Part shown: positions 12,217 to 23,265 of the stretch, one piece after another
Position numbering within the stretch: the first letter of the stretch is position 1
Layout of the letters: each line of letters begins with the position of its first letter
NCBI GenBank assembly: GCA_049431945.1
Contig: JBMTDJ010000006.1
Location: forward strand, 1-52,330
Direction of reading: 5' to 3'
Origin: Candidatus Nanopelagicales bacterium
Lineage (GTDB): Bacteria; Actinomycetota; Actinomycetes; S36-B12
DNA length: 52,330 nucleotides
Made by a program: the position numbers and the translations under genes
Notes under the pieces: generated by a model
Told to the model about the DNA's origin: nothing
The model's input: the letters and a program-made list of their open reading frames with translations, nothing else
Database searches by the model: none

Positions 12217-13044
12217 CTAGTGCTCCGCGTGGAGCGCTCCGCTGATGTAGACCGCTGTCAGCAGGGTGAAGATGTAGGCCTGGAGGGCCTGGATGAGGAG
12301 CTCGAAGCCGGTGAGGGCCACCGCCATCGTGAACGAGGCGACCGATCCGAGCAGACCGATCACCGTGAAGGTGAGCAGGTAGTACGCCGCGATGCTGAAC
12401 GTCGCGATGAGCAGGTGCCCGGCGAACATGTTGGCGAACAGACGCACTGCGTGAGTGAACGGTCGCACGATGATGTTCGAGATGAACTCGATCGGCGAGA
12501 GCAGCACGTACATCGGCTTGGGCACCCCGGGCGGGAAGAGCATGCCCTTGAAGAACCCTCCGAAACCCTGGCGGTAGATGCCCAGGGGCACCCACGTGAA
12601 GTAGACGATCAGTGCGAAGGCGACCGGGATGGCGAAGACGCTCGTGATGGGGAACTGGGCGAAGGGGATGATGCCCAGGACGTTGAACACCCACACGAGG
12701 AAGAAGAAGGAGAAAAGGAAGGGGACGAACTTGTCGCCCTCCTTGCCGATGACGTCGCGGGCGATGCCGTCACGGATGAAGAGGTATCCCGTCTCGCCGA
12801 CGTTCTGCGCTCCCTTGGGGACCAGTTGAGGCCTGCGGAATGCGTAGAGGAAGAAGCCGAGAACGAGGATCACCGCGACCGCGATGAGGATCGTCACCTT
12901 GTTGATGCCAACCTGGGTGCCGGCAATCTCCCAACTGGCGATGTCGTCGAAGAAGAAGATCTCCGATCCGGCTGCCGGGAAACCGCACGGATTGGCGGCA
13001 TTTTCGAACTTGCACTGCAGACTGCCCGAGGCGATGAGGCTCAC
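12217..13044 (-). CDS. atpB: ATP synthase F0 subunit a
   Basis: PIEFISNIIVRPFTHAVRLFANMFAGH, FELLIQALQAYIF. Confidence 0.97.
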   Translation of the reverse strand: MSLIASGSLQCKFENAANPCGFPAAGSEIFFFDDIASWEIAGTQVGINKVTILIAVAVILVLGFFLYAFRRPQLVPKGAQNVGETGYLFIRDGIARDVIGKEGDKFVPFLFSFFFLVWVFNVLGIIPFAQFPITSVFAIPVAFALIVYFTWVPLGIYRQGFGGFFKGMLFPPGVPKPMYVLLSPIEFISNIIVRPFTHAVRLFANMFAGHLLIATFSIAAYYLLTFTVIGLLGSVASFTMAVALTGFELLIQALQAYIFTLLTAVYISGALHAEH

Positions 13045-13349
13045 AGGGCGCCCCCCCGGTGGCCACGCAGGATGCGGGTCGAGCGGTCTGGCACTGAACG
13101 ATCCTTCCCCGGCGCTGTCGCCTCAAGGCGTCGATGGATGAGGTAGAGCGATAGGAACATACCGATGAGGGCACCGGCCCCGATCAGGAGGGGTGCCCTC
13201 CCGAACCAGAGCGACAGCAAGGCTCCGATGCCCGCGTACATCCCGATGCCGGTGATGAGGTGACTGACGATGATCCAGCCGGTATTGGCGGTATCCCAGC
13301 CCTCCTTGTGCACGTTCTCATCCGTCACTTTGGTGCCCAGCCACCTCAC
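13041..13349 (-). CDS. AtpZ/AtpI-like small two-TM accessory protein
   Basis: GWIIVSHLITGIGMYAGIGALLSLWFG..LIGAGALIG; overlaps both neighbours by GTGA; alternative start at 13328. Confidence 0.7.
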   Translation of the reverse strand: MRWLGTKVTDENVHKEGWDTANTGWIIVSHLITGIGMYAGIGALLSLWFGRAPLLIGAGALIGMFLSLYLIHRRLEATAPGKDRSVPDRSTRILRGHRGGAL

Positions 13350-13762
13350 GGCATACCCCCCTGCGAGGGATCGACGTAGAGCACCTTGGTGCGCGTGAAG
13401 ACCCACAGTTCGGCTGCGGTCCAGGCCAGCGTGCACGCGAGCACGGTCAGGGCCATGGCCTTGGTGTCAAAGGCGGTCGTGCCCTGGAAGAGGACGATAA
13501 AGATGAGCAGCGCGCCGATCTTGAGCAGATAGACCATGAGGGCCACCGTCATGGCCATCTGCGGATTGCTCCGGAGCACGGCCCCCACCACGAGCTGCCC
13601 CACCGTAAAGAACACGACCACGATGGCGGTGCCGATGAGGGCTCCGAGGACCCCCTTGCCCGGGTCCGACGTGACGAAGAAGGCGATGAGGGCCGCAATC
13701 GCCCCCACGAGGACCGTGACAGGGATGGAGACGCGCAGGACGAGCCGGTCGATCGACGGCAT
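13346..13762 (-). CDS. atpI: ATP synthase protein I (four-TM)
   Basis: Four hydrophobic helices, ALMVYLLKI, C-terminal KVLYVDP; first gene of the atp operon. Confidence 0.75.
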   Translation of the reverse strand: MPSIDRLVLRVSIPVTVLVGAIAALIAFFVTSDPGKGVLGALIGTAIVVVFFTVGQLVVGAVLRSNPQMAMTVALMVYLLKIGALLIFIVLFQGTTAFDTKAMALTVLACTLAWTAAELWVFTRTKVLYVDPSQGGMP

Positions 13763-13840
13763 GCACCCCTCCCTAGGTCGGCTCCCCTCACGCTATCGAC
13801 TCCCCCAGGAGGCGCATCCGGGGGTCTGGGTCGCGTCGCC

Positions 13841-14962
13841 TCAGCCGTGGGTGCCCGTGCGCTTCGTCGCGGGCACGGGTCTCGACCCGTCGGGTCGCAG
13901 CGCAGCGAAGGCGACAAGCAGGGTCCCCGCGATGAGCAGCAGGAGTGCGTAGGCGACGGGGATGAAGGCCAGGGCCACCGCCGTGCCCGCGACGACCGCG
14001 GTCCAGGCATACATGAGCAGCACGGTCCGTCGCTGCGAGTGACCCATCTCGAGCAGGCGGTGGTGCACGTGCTGCTTGTCGGGTGCGAACGGCGAGCGCC
14101 CCTGGCGGGTACGACGCAGCACGGCCAAACCGAGGTCGAGCAGTGGCAGAACGAGGACCGCCAGCGGCAGCAGGATGGGCAGCAGAGCGGGCAGCAGCGT
14201 GCCGCCTTCGATCGCGGCAGGGTCGATCTGACCCGAGAGCGTGATGATGCTGGCGGCGAGTAGGAAACCCAGCAGCATCGAACCGGTGTCGCCCATGAAT
14301 ATCCGGGCCGGGTAGACGTTGTACGGCAGGAAGCCTGCGCACATGCCGACGAGGAGCGCGGAGACGAGAGTTGCCATCGTCGCGCGCTCGAACCCCACCT
14401 CGACGGACAGCAGGTAGGAGTAGGCAAAGAAGGCGAGGGCAGCCACTCCGACGATGCCCGCGGCAAGTCCGTCGAGGCCGTCCACCATGTTGATCGCGTT
14501 GATGCAGACCAGCACGACGAGGACCGTGAGAAGGACACTCGTCACGGGGTCCAGGACCAGCGTGCCGCCGAAGGGTAGCCAGATGATCGAGATCCCCTGG
14601 AGCGCCATGACCGCCGCCGCGAGGACCTGCCCGGCCAGTTTGGTGGGAGCGGCGAGGCCCCACCGGTCGTCGATCATCCCGAGGACGACGATGATCGCTG
14701 CACCGCTCAGCAGCGCCAGGGTTGGGCTCTCGCCCACCTGGAACACAGAACTCATCTGCGGCAGCTTGCTGGCAAGCAGCAGCCCCGCGCAGAGGCCAGC
14801 CAGCATCGCCAAGCCCCCAAGGCGAGGTGTCGGCTCATCGTGGACGTCACGATCCCGGACCTCGGCCATGGCCCCCCACCGCACCGCGAACGCGCGCACG
14901 AGCGGCGTCACGAGGTACGTCACGGCCGCGGCCGCGACGATGCAGAGGAGGTATTCGCGCAC
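13841..14962 (-). CDS. wecA: Undecaprenyl/decaprenyl-phosphate GlcNAc-1-phosphate transferase (WecA/Rfe, MraY family)
   Basis: RDVHDEPTPRLGG, GMIDD, NAINMVDGLDGL, IFMGDTGS, PDKQHVHHRLL; GTG start at 14962. Confidence 0.92.
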   Translation of the reverse strand: MREYLLCIVAAAAVTYLVTPLVRAFAVRWGAMAEVRDRDVHDEPTPRLGGLAMLAGLCAGLLLASKLPQMSSVFQVGESPTLALLSGAAIIVVLGMIDDRWGLAAPTKLAGQVLAAAVMALQGISIIWLPFGGTLVLDPVTSVLLTVLVVLVCINAINMVDGLDGLAAGIVGVAALAFFAYSYLLSVEVGFERATMATLVSALLVGMCAGFLPYNVYPARIFMGDTGSMLLGFLLAASIITLSGQIDPAAIEGGTLLPALLPILLPLAVLVLPLLDLGLAVLRRTRQGRSPFAPDKQHVHHRLLEMGHSQRRTVLLMYAWTAVVAGTAVALAFIPVAYALLLLIAGTLLVAFAALRPDGSRPVPATKRTGTHG

Positions 14963-14969
14963 GAGCTGC

Positions 14970-16241
14970 CTAGACCCCGACCGGGGCCTCGGCGTAAGCG
15001 GGGAATCGCCGAACGAGGGCACCGACCTGATCCGCGACCTCACGGGCGCTGGATGGGTCCTTGACCGCTCGCGCGATGAGCTGGCCGATCTCGGCCATCT
15101 CCGCCTCCCCCATCCCCTGGGTCGTGACCGAGGGCGTGCCGACACGGATGCCCGAGGCCACCGCGGGTGGCTGCGGGTCGTAGGGGATGGCGTTCTTGTT
15201 GAGGGTGATGCGGGCGTCATCGCAGCGTGCTTCGGCATCGGCACCCGTGACTCCCACACCACGCAGGTCGATGAGCGCGAGATGGGTGTCCGTGCCACCG
15301 CTCACCGGGCGCATGCCCTCATCTGCGAGGGACGCGGTGAGCGCCTGGGCGTTGCGGATGACCTGGGCGGCGTACGCCTGGTACTCCGGCGACATCGCCT
15401 CCTTGAGAGCGACCGCCTTGGCCGCCACCGAATGCATCAACGGGCCGCCCTGCATCATCGGGAAGACCGCCTTGTCAATCGCGGCGGCGTGCTCAGCCTT
15501 CGCGAGGATCATGCCGCCGCGCGGTCCGCGCAGGACCTTGTGAGTGGTGAAGGTGACGACATCGGCGTAGGGGACGGGGCTGGGAATCGCCTTGCCCGCC
15601 ACGAGACCGACGAAGTGGGCCGCGTCGACCATGAGGATGGCGCCCACCTCGTCGGCGATCTCGCGGAAGGCGGCGAAGTCGATGAGGCGAGGGTACGCCG
15701 TGGCACCGGCAATGATCATCCGCGGCTTGTGCTGCTTGGCGATCGAGCGGACCTCGTCGAAGTCGATGAGTTCGGTGTCCTCGCGGACGCCGTAGGAGAC
15801 GACTTCGAACCACTTGCCCGAGAAGTTGACCTTGGAGCCATGGGTGAGGTGACCGCCGTGCGGCAGGCTCATCGCGAGGACAGTCTCGCCGGGCTTGACG
15901 AAGGCGCCGTATGCGGCGAGGTTGGCGCTCGCGCCGCTGTGGGGCTGGAGATTGGCGTGCTCGGCGCCGAAGAGTTCCTTAGCGCGCTCGATTCCGATGA
16001 TCTCCGCCTTGTCGACCTCGGAGCATCCGCCGTAGTAGCGCTTGCCTGGGTAGCCCTCGGCGTACTTGTTGCTCAGCGTCGAGCCGAGTGCGGCGAGAAC
16101 CGCAGGGGAGGTGAAGTTTTCGCTGGCGATGAGCTGCAGGCCACCGCGGGCCCGGTCGAGCTCGGACAGCAGGATGCCGGCGATCTCCGGATCCTCGGCC
16201 TGCAACTGCCCGAAGTCCGGGCCCCAGAATGTCTCGCTCAC
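14970..16241 (-). CDS. glyA: Serine hydroxymethyltransferase
   Basis: [41 protein letters not shown]. Confidence 0.98.
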   Translation of the reverse strand: MSETFWGPDFGQLQAEDPEIAGILLSELDRARGGLQLIASENFTSPAVLAALGSTLSNKYAEGYPGKRYYGGCSEVDKAEIIGIERAKELFGAEHANLQPHSGASANLAAYGAFVKPGETVLAMSLPHGGHLTHGSKVNFSGKWFEVVSYGVREDTELIDFDEVRSIAKQHKPRMIIAGATAYPRLIDFAAFREIADEVGAILMVDAAHFVGLVAGKAIPSPVPYADVVTFTTHKVLRGPRGGMILAKAEHAAAIDKAVFPMMQGGPLMHSVAAKAVALKEAMSPEYQAYAAQVIRNAQALTASLADEGMRPVSGGTDTHLALIDLRGVGVTGADAEARCDDARITLNKNAIPYDPQPPAVASGIRVGTPSVTTQGMGEAEMAEIGQLIARAVKDPSSAREVADQVGALVRRFPAYAEAPVGV

Positions 16242-16330
16242 GGCACACTCCCCTCACGGCGGCGGATTCCCACCGCCGAGGGCGAGTGTACGTGCGCCGC
16301 GGCGCTCCGACCCGTTGACCGCTCCGCGGG

Positions 16331-16987
16331 TCAGCCCGGGGCCTCGGGCCCGACGAGATCTGGGGATACCTCCCGTAGGACCTGCAGAGGGTAGGCACCC
16401 TCACGCAAGAGCACCGGCGGCTCCGCCGTGAGGTCGACAATGCTGCTGGGCACTTCGTCGGTTGTCGGACCCGCATCGAGATACAGCGCGATCTCATCGC
16501 CCATCTGCGACTCGGCCTCCGCGCAGGTGCGTGGGGGCACGCTGCCGGCCCGTTGCGCTGACGTCACGGCGAGCGGGCCGGTCGCCGTGAGAACTGCGAG
16601 GGTCACCGGATGCAGCGGCATGCGCAGCGACACGTGACCACCTGGGTTGTCCCACGCCAGCGTCGGCTGCTCGCGTACGACGAGGGTGAGAGGTCCCGGC
16701 CAGAACGCCTCGATGAGCGCCCGTCCGTCCGCCGTGATGCCGCTCGCGAGTCCATCGACCGTTCGTACGGCGCCCACGAGCACACCTACCGGCAGGTCGT
16801 CGCCACGGCCCTTCGCGGCACGCAGGGCGCGCATGGCCTTGGCCGAGAAGGGATCGGCCGCCAGGCCGTATGCGGATTCGGTGGGCAGGACGACAAGTTC
16901 ACCGCGGCGAATCGCGGCCGCTGCCGCGCTGATGCCGCGATCTCGGCCCGGGCCCGGACGGTCGCCGACGTCGATGACCAGGCTCAT
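16331..16987 (-). CDS. tsaC: L-threonylcarbamoyladenylate synthase (YrdC/TsaC)
   Basis: PTESAYGL, AKGR, FWPGPLTLV, LRMP, PSSIVD, LREGA; conserved position after prmC. Confidence 0.88.
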   Translation of the reverse strand: MSLVIDVGDRPGPGRDRGISAAAAAIRRGELVVLPTESAYGLAADPFSAKAMRALRAAKGRGDDLPVGVLVGAVRTVDGLASGITADGRALIEAFWPGPLTLVVREQPTLAWDNPGGHVSLRMPLHPVTLAVLTATGPLAVTSAQRAGSVPPRTCAEAESQMGDEIALYLDAGPTTDEVPSSIVDLTAEPPVLLREGAYPLQVLREVSPDLVGPEAPG

Positions 16988-17910
16988 GCGGGCTCCGCAT
17001 CGAAGGCACGTATTGCCGTCGTGAAGCGTGGGCGGCGCGCCAGATCGCGATGATCGATCACCTCACGCCAACGTCCGTCAGCTTCGAGAAGCGACGGGAC
17101 GCCCTCCTCGGCCTCATCGCCCTGCTCGTCGGAGTGCTCGATGACCACCAGGCCACCGGGCTGCAGGAGCGCCGCAGCAGTGTCGATGGCGCCGCGGATG
17201 ACATCGAGCCCATCGTCACCGCCATAAAGCGCGAGAGCCGGATCGTGCTCGCGCACCTCGGGATCCCGCACGCGAGCGCCGGATGGGACATACGGGGGAT
17301 TCATCGTGACTACGGCCATATCGCCGCGCAGGCCAGCGAGCGGACCACCAGCCGCCGCGCAGATGCGCGCATCGGCCTGAACCACGTCAACGCGGCTCCC
17401 AGCGTCTCGCAGCGTTCCTGCTAGCGCAGCGGCATTGCGCCGAGTCCACTCCACCGCGGCGGAATCGACCTCGACAGCGGTGACATGAGCCGGAGCGGCC
17501 TCGACGGCGAGCGCAAAGGCAACGGCACCTGATCCAGTGCATAGGTCAACGGCGCGACGCTCGCCCGGTGGGAGAGCTCGCAGCACGTCGATCGCCGCCT
17601 GCGCGACGAGTTCAGTCTCCGGCCTGGGGATGAAGACACCTGGGCCAACCTGGAGCTCCAGGGTGCGGAAGGCCGCGGATCCGACGAGGTGCTGCAGCGG
17701 CACTCGCGCGACCCGACGCGTGAGCAGACGCTCGTAGGCTGTGCGCTGGGTCGGATCCATCCGATCGTGCAGGAGTAGGCGCCCCCGAGGCACGCCCATG
17801 ACGTGAGCGGCGAGGAGCATCGCGTCGGTGTCGGGCGAAGGCACCCCCGCCGCCGTCAATCGGCGCTGGCCGTCGGCAATGACATCGCGGAGCGAGACCC
17901 ATCCCTCCAT
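16984..17910 (-). CDS. prmC: Release factor glutamine methyltransferase
   Basis: PLQHLVG, GVFIPRPETE, DLCTGSG, NPPY; the start could be the ATG at 17946 overlapping the prfA stop. Confidence 0.95.
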   Translation of the reverse strand: MEGWVSLRDVIADGQRRLTAAGVPSPDTDAMLLAAHVMGVPRGRLLLHDRMDPTQRTAYERLLTRRVARVPLQHLVGSAAFRTLELQVGPGVFIPRPETELVAQAAIDVLRALPPGERRAVDLCTGSGAVAFALAVEAAPAHVTAVEVDSAAVEWTRRNAAALAGTLRDAGSRVDVVQADARICAAAGGPLAGLRGDMAVVTMNPPYVPSGARVRDPEVREHDPALALYGGDDGLDVIRGAIDTAAALLQPGGLVVIEHSDEQGDEAEEGVPSLLEADGRWREVIDHRDLARRPRFTTAIRAFDAEPA

Positions 17911-17942
17911 GACCCGGGGAGTCGGCCCCTGCCCAGGATGGC

Positions 17943-19013
17943 TCATGCTCCATCCGTCAGCGCGGCCGCAGCAGCGGAGTCGATGCACGACTGGATCACT
18001 GCATCGAGCTCGCCACTGAGCACCTGGTCGAGGTTGTAGGCCTTGTATCCCGAGCGGTGATCGCTAAGGCGGTTTTCGGGGAAGTTGTACGTGCGGATGC
18101 GCTCACTTCTATCGACGGTGCGCACCTGCGCGCGACGGGAATCCGACGCCTCCTGCTCGGCCTGCTCCTGAGCAATGGCGAGCAGCCGCGCGCGCAGAAT
18201 GCGCAGAGCCTGCTCGCGGTTCTGCAGTTGGCTCTTCTCGTTCTGGCACGACACCACGGTGCCGGTCGGCACATGCGTGATGCGTACGGCGGAGTCGGTC
18301 GTGTTGACGCTCTGTCCGCCGGGACCGGATGAGCGGAAGACATCGATGCGCAGGTCGTTGGGGTCAATCGTCACATCGACTTCCTCAGCCTCCGGGAGCA
18401 CGAGCACGCCCGCAGCGGAGGTGTGGATGCGGCCCTGCGACTCGGTGACCGGCACCCGCTGCACGCGGTGAACGCCGCCCTCAAACTTCAATCGCGCGTA
18501 GGGCGCCTCTCCGGGCTCGGGGACTCCCTTCGCCTTCACTGCCACGGCCACGTCACGGTAGCCACCCAGGTCGGACTCCTCGGCCTCGAGAACCTCAGCG
18601 CTCCAGCCCCGCTGGTCGGCGTAGCGCAGGTACATCCGCAGCAGGTCACCGGCGAAGAGCGCTGACTCCTCGCCGCCCTCCCCCGCTTTGATCTCGAGGA
18701 TGACGTCCTTGCCGTCCAGGGGGTCGCGCGGCACGAGGAGTTCGCGCAGACGCTCAGCGACCTCGGCACGCTGCGCCTCGAGCCCCGTAGCCTCCTCGGC
18801 GAAGGCCGGATCGACGTCGGCGAGTTCGCGCGCGGCTGAGATGTCGTCACCGAGCGTGACCCACGTCCGGTAGGCCTCGATCGTCGGGCGAAGTTCAGCG
18901 TGCCGGCGCGCCAGACGCCGAGCCTCAGCAGGATCAGCGTGCACGGCCGGATCAGCCAGGCGCTCCTCGATCGCGGAGTACTCGGCGGCCAACTCGACGC
19001 AGGCGTCGAACAC
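17943..19013 (-). CDS. prfA: Peptide chain release factor 1
   Basis: RVQRVPVTE (PxT motif), [16 protein letters not shown]. Confidence 0.98.
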   Translation of the reverse strand: MFDACVELAAEYSAIEERLADPAVHADPAEARRLARRHAELRPTIEAYRTWVTLGDDISAARELADVDPAFAEEATGLEAQRAEVAERLRELLVPRDPLDGKDVILEIKAGEGGEESALFAGDLLRMYLRYADQRGWSAEVLEAEESDLGGYRDVAVAVKAKGVPEPGEAPYARLKFEGGVHRVQRVPVTESQGRIHTSAAGVLVLPEAEEVDVTIDPNDLRIDVFRSSGPGGQSVNTTDSAVRITHVPTGTVVSCQNEKSQLQNREQALRILRARLLAIAQEQAEQEASDSRRAQVRTVDRSERIRTYNFPENRLSDHRSGYKAYNLDQVLSGELDAVIQSCIDSAAAAALTDGA

Positions 19014-19063
19014 GGGACCTACCTATCGGCGATGAGCGGGGACGGAACTCGACGACGTTCGCG

Positions 19064-19291
19064 TCACTCGGATGCGGAGGCCTTGTCCTTGCCGCCGAAG
19101 CGCTTCTCGAACTTCGCGACGCGACCGCCGGAGTCGAGGATCTTCTGACGACCGGTGTAGAAGGGGTGGCACTGCGAGCAGACATCGGCGTGGATGACGC
19201 CGTTCTTCGCCGTGCTGCGCGTGGTGAACGTCGATCCGCAGGTGCAGGTGACCTGGGTCTCGACGTACTCGGGGTGGATGCCCGACTTCAT
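19064..19291 (-). CDS. rpmE: 50S ribosomal protein L31 (zinc-binding CxC...CxxC type)
   Basis: [35 protein letters not shown]; GGAGG SD. Confidence 0.98.
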   Translation of the reverse strand: MKSGIHPEYVETQVTCTCGSTFTTRSTAKNGVIHADVCSQCHPFYTGRQKILDSGGRVAKFEKRFGGKDKASASE

Positions 19292-19350
19292 GATGTCCTC
19301 CATTCGAGCCCGCTTCGTCCCCGGCTGGGCCGGCGAATCCTGCGGGCGTG

Positions 19351-19378
19351 CCCGGGTCCGCAATGCGGTGAACCGGAC
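19351..19378 (-). promoter_or_regulatory. Probable actinobacterial L31 ribosomal-protein leader
   Basis: Minus-strand ccggttcac-cgcattgcg-gacccggg hairpin just after a TACCCT -10 box and upstream of rpmE; resembles the CCGGUUCAC..GACCCGG leader I recall from actinobacteria. Confidence 0.6.
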
Positions 19379-19458
19379 CGGGACAGGGTACGCCATGGGC
19401 TCCGAGATAGACGAATCGGTCCCAGGGGGCAAGGACGCCCCGCCAGCGCTCCTGCGAA

Positions 19459-21090
19459 CTAGGCGTCGTCGGAGTCGCTGGAGCCGGTGACGGCCGGTGT
19501 CGTCTTCTGCACCTGCAGCAGGAACTCCAGATTGCTCTTGGTGTCGCGAAGCTTGGTGAGCAGCAGCTCGATGGCTTGCTGCTGGTCAAGCGCATGCAGC
19601 ACGCGACGGAGCTTCCACACGATCTTGAGCTCGTCCGGAGCCATGAGCAGCTCCTCCTTGCGCGTGCCCGAGGCATCGACGTCGACGCTCGGGAAGATGC
19701 GCTTGTCGGCGAGCTTGCGATCGAGTTTGAGCTCCATGTTGCCGGTGCCCTTGAACTCCTCGAAGATCACTTCGTCCATGCGCGAGCCGGTCTCGACCAG
19801 GGCGGTGGCGAGGATCGTCAGCGAACCGCCATGCTCGATGTTGCGCGCCGCACCGAAGAACTTCTTCGGCGGGTACAGCGCGGTGGAGTCCACGCCACCC
19901 GACAGGATGCGTCCCGAGGCCGGGGCGGCAAGGTTGTAGGCGCGACCCAGTCGTGTCATGGAGTCGAGCAGCACGACGACGTCGTGACCGAGCTCCACCA
20001 GGCGCTTCGCACGCTCGATGGCGAGCTCCGCGACGATCGTGTGGTCCTCCGCCGGACGATCGAAGGTCGAGGCGATGACCTCGCCCTTGACCGAGCGCTG
20101 CATGTCGGTGACTTCCTCGGGGCGCTCGTCGACGAGCACGACCATGAGGTGACACTCGGGATTGTTCTCGGTGATCGCATTGGCGATCGACTGCAGCACC
20201 ATCGTCTTGCCGGCCTTGGGCGGCGACACGATGAGGCCGCGCTGCCCCTTGCCGATGGGCGACACCAGATCGATGACGCGGGTGGTCAGGTTGCCCGGCT
20301 CAGTCTCTAGACGCAGGCGCTCCTGCGGATAGAGGGGCGTGAGCTTGCTGAAGTCGGGCCGCTGGCGCGCCTGATCGATCTCGCTGCCGTTCACCGTGTC
20401 GATGCGCACGAGGGGGTTGAACTTCTCGCGGCGCTCGCCGTCGCGCGGCTGGCGCACCGCGCCGGTGATGGCATCGCCCTTGCGAAGGCCGTTCTTCTTG
20501 ACCATCGAGAGTGAGACGTAGACGTCGTTGGGGCTGGGCAGATAGCCGGCCGTCCGCACGAAGGCGTAGTTGTCGAGGATGTCGAGGATGCCGGCGACGG
20601 GTACGAGCACGTCGTCCTCGGAAACCTCGACCTCCTGGTCGTTGAAGCCGCCGGGGCGACGATCGCGGCGGTCCCGGAATCGGTCGCGGCCGCGGCGGCG
20701 ACGGCGCCGTGAGCCACCCTCACCGTCGTCGTCGTAGTTGTCCTGGCGGTTGTCGTTGCGCTGATCACCGCGAGTGCTGTTGCGGTTGTCATTGCGGTTG
20801 TCATTGCGGTTGTCATTTCGACCGGACTCGCGGGCCTCAGGGGCGGAGCTCTCGGTCTCAGTGGTGGAAGCACTCTCCGTTGCCGGGGCGCTGTCCTTGC
20901 GCTGGCGCTGATTGGCTGACGAGCCATTGCGGCCCGACGACTGCTTGTCGCTGATCGCCTCGATGAGGGCGCTCTTGCGCATCGTGCTTGCCCCGGTGAT
21001 GCCAAGCGACTGCGCGAGCTGCTTGAGCTCGGGCAGGAGCATGCCGGAGAGCCCGGACTTGCTGGCAGGGGCGGTAGCGGTATCGCTCAC
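19459..21090 (-). CDS. rho: Transcription termination factor Rho with a polar N-terminal insertion
   Basis: [61 protein letters not shown]; GTG start at 21090. Confidence 0.98.
   Translation of the reverse strand: MSDTATAPASKSGLSGMLLPELKQLAQSLGITGASTMRKSALIEAISDKQSSGRNGSSANQRQRKDSAPATESASTTETESSAPEARESGRNDNRNDNRNDNRNSTRGDQRNDNRQDNYDDDGEGGSRRRRRRGRDRFRDRRDRRPGGFNDQEVEVSEDDVLVPVAGILDILDNYAFVRTAGYLPSPNDVYVSLSMVKKNGLRKGDAITGAVRQPRDGERREKFNPLVRIDTVNGSEIDQARQRPDFSKLTPLYPQERLRLETEPGNLTTRVIDLVSPIGKGQRGLIVSPPKAGKTMVLQSIANAITENNPECHLMVVLVDERPEEVTDMQRSVKGEVIASTFDRPAEDHTIVAELAIERAKRLVELGHDVVVLLDSMTRLGRAYNLAAPASGRILSGGVDSTALYPPKKFFGAARNIEHGGSLTILATALVETGSRMDEVIFEEFKGTGNMELKLDRKLADKRIFPSVDVDASGTRKEELLMAPDELKIVWKLRRVLHALDQQQAIELLLTKLRDTKSNLEFLLQVQKTTPAVTGSSDSDDA
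20783..20820 (-). repeat. In-frame 12-bp tandem repeat encoding RNDN in the Rho insertion domain
   Basis: (cgcaatgacaac)x3 with a degenerate copy nearby. Confidence 0.8.
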
Positions 21091-21263
21091 GTGGTGTCCT
21101 TCGTCATCCCGACTCCAGGGTGGAAGCGGGTGGTTGCGCACGGGCATGTCATGGCCGCGCGATGTCCGTCGTACCTATGGGGCATTCCCGGAAAAAACGG
21201 GGGGATACGGAGTGCGTCCCGAACGGACACCCAAAGGCTAGCATCCGCACGGCACCGGATGCC

Positions 21264-22190
21264 TCACGACCCCCGGATGTGGACCCGTGCCCCCTGGATA
21301 TCGACCGGCACTGCGATGACCTGCCATCCGGGCGGAGCGGCGGCAGATGCGACCGAGCGCTCCTCATCGTCTGTCGTGAATGCGAGCACGGTCGGTCCGG
21401 CACCGGAGATCACCGCGGGGATCGACGACTCGCGCAGCGTCGCGACAAGTCGGTGTGATGCGGGGTATGCCAGCGCCCTCGCGTCCTGGTGAAGTCGATC
21501 CTCTGTCGCCGGGAACAGCATGGTCGGATCATCGACCAGGGCATGCGCAAGCAGAGCTGCGCGACCCACATTGAAGACCGCATCGGCGCGATCGACGACA
21601 TCGGAGAGCATCATGCGGGCCTCGGATGTGGGCATCGAGTCAGTAGGCACGAAGACCATGGGGGTGATGGACTCGTGCACCGCTCGAGTGACAGCGCTCG
21701 CATGCGTGTCATCGCTGGAGTCAATCCATGCCGTCGTGAAGTTGCCCATGAGAGCAGCAGCCACGTTGTCCGGATGTCCCTCCATACGAGTCGCCAGGCC
21801 GAGGAGTTCGTCGTCGGCGAGACGCTCGTCGCCGTCCTCAACCAATCCCCGGGCGAGGAGCAGGCCCGCGACGATCGCCGCGGCTGACGAGCCCAGACCG
21901 CGCCCCTGAGGCACACCATTGCGACAGCGAATGACGACCCCGGGGGCGGTGAGGTCCATCGCCTCCCACGCAGTCGCCATGGCCTTCGCGACGAGGTGGG
22001 TCTCGTCTGTGGGGAGCACGTCAGCCCCCTCCCCCTCGACCGTGACGAGGACACCGGGGTCCTCGGTAACCATCGCCACGAGGTGATCGTGGATCGCCAG
22101 CGCCAGACCGAGGGAATCGAATCCAGGGCCGAGATTGGCGCTCGTCGCCGGTACGACGACCTCGACGCCGACGGAGCGGAAGGCCGACAC
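21264..22190 (-). CDS. thrB: Homoserine kinase
   Basis: VPATSANLGPGFDSLGLAL, PQGRGLGSSAA, EGHPDN, ISGAGPT; GTG start at 22190. Confidence 0.95.
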   Translation of the reverse strand: MSAFRSVGVEVVVPATSANLGPGFDSLGLALAIHDHLVAMVTEDPGVLVTVEGEGADVLPTDETHLVAKAMATAWEAMDLTAPGVVIRCRNGVPQGRGLGSSAAAIVAGLLLARGLVEDGDERLADDELLGLATRMEGHPDNVAAALMGNFTTAWIDSSDDTHASAVTRAVHESITPMVFVPTDSMPTSEARMMLSDVVDRADAVFNVGRAALLAHALVDDPTMLFPATEDRLHQDARALAYPASHRLVATLRESSIPAVISGAGPTVLAFTTDDEERSVASAAAPPGWQVIAVPVDIQGARVHIRGS

Positions 22191-22194
22191 GGAT

Positions 22195-23265
22195 CTAGCC
22201 CCGCAACCCGAGTGCCACGGCGGCCACAGCCGCATCCACCGGCACGACGATCGGCTCAGGCGCGGCCTCGAGCGCCCACTGCGGATCCTTCAGACCATTG
22301 CCGGTCAGCGTGCACACGACCGTCTGGCCCGCGTCGAGTTGACCGCGTTCATGCGCCTGCAGCAGGCCCGCGACACTCGCCGCACTGGCCGGCTCACAGA
22401 AGAGCCCCTCCTTGGCCGCCAGCAGGCGGTACGCCGCGAGGATCTGCTCGTCAGTGACCGAGTCGATCATCCCGCCCGACTCGTCGCGCGCTGCTTCAGC
22501 CTGCTGCCACGACGCTGGGTTGCCGATGCGGATCGCGGTCGCGATGGTCTCGGGCTTGGACACGGGCGCCCCTGCGACGATCGGCGCGGCCCCCGCAGCC
22601 TGGAAGCCCCACATGCGTGGCCGCTGGGTCGAGTGCCCCGCCTCGGCGTACTCTCCGTAGCCTTTCCAATACGCCGTGATGTTGCCCGCGTTGCCGACTG
22701 GCAAGCAGTGGATGTCAGGGGCGTTGCCGAGGAGGTCGACGATCTCGAAGCTCGCGGTCTTCTGTCCCTCGATGCGATCAGGGTTGACGCTGTTGACCAG
22801 GGACACCGGATAGTCGTCGGCCAGCCCACGGGCCAGGGTGAGGCAGTCGTCGAAGTTGCCTTCGACCTGCAGCAGCGTGGCACCGTGAATGATCGCCTGG
22901 GCAAGCTTGCCCATCGCGATCTTGCCCTCGGGCACGAGCACGGCGCACACCATGCCGGCCTTGACCGCATAGGCGGCGGCGCTCGCAGACGTGTTGCCGG
23001 TCGACGCGCAGATGACGGCACGCGCACCGTCTTGCGCGGCCTTGCTGATGGCCATCGTCATGCCGCGGTCCTTGAACGATCCGGTGGGGTTGGCACCGTC
23101 GTATTTCAGCCAGACCTGGCATCCGGTCATTTCGCTCAACGTGCACGCGTAGACCAGTGGCGTACCCCCCTCGCGCAAGGTGACCACGGGGGTCGCGTCG
23201 TCGACGGGTAGCCACGAGCGGTATTCCTCGATGAGCCCACGCCACTGCGGTGCGCCCGGGATCAC
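22195..23265 (-). CDS. thrC: Threonine synthase
   Basis: [32 protein letters not shown]. Confidence 0.97.
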   Translation of the reverse strand: MIPGAPQWRGLIEEYRSWLPVDDATPVVTLREGGTPLVYACTLSEMTGCQVWLKYDGANPTGSFKDRGMTMAISKAAQDGARAVICASTGNTSASAAAYAVKAGMVCAVLVPEGKIAMGKLAQAIIHGATLLQVEGNFDDCLTLARGLADDYPVSLVNSVNPDRIEGQKTASFEIVDLLGNAPDIHCLPVGNAGNITAYWKGYGEYAEAGHSTQRPRMWGFQAAGAAPIVAGAPVSKPETIATAIRIGNPASWQQAEAARDESGGMIDSVTDEQILAAYRLLAAKEGLFCEPASAASVAGLLQAHERGQLDAGQTVVCTLTGNGLKDPQWALEAAPEPIVVPVDAAVAAVALGLRG

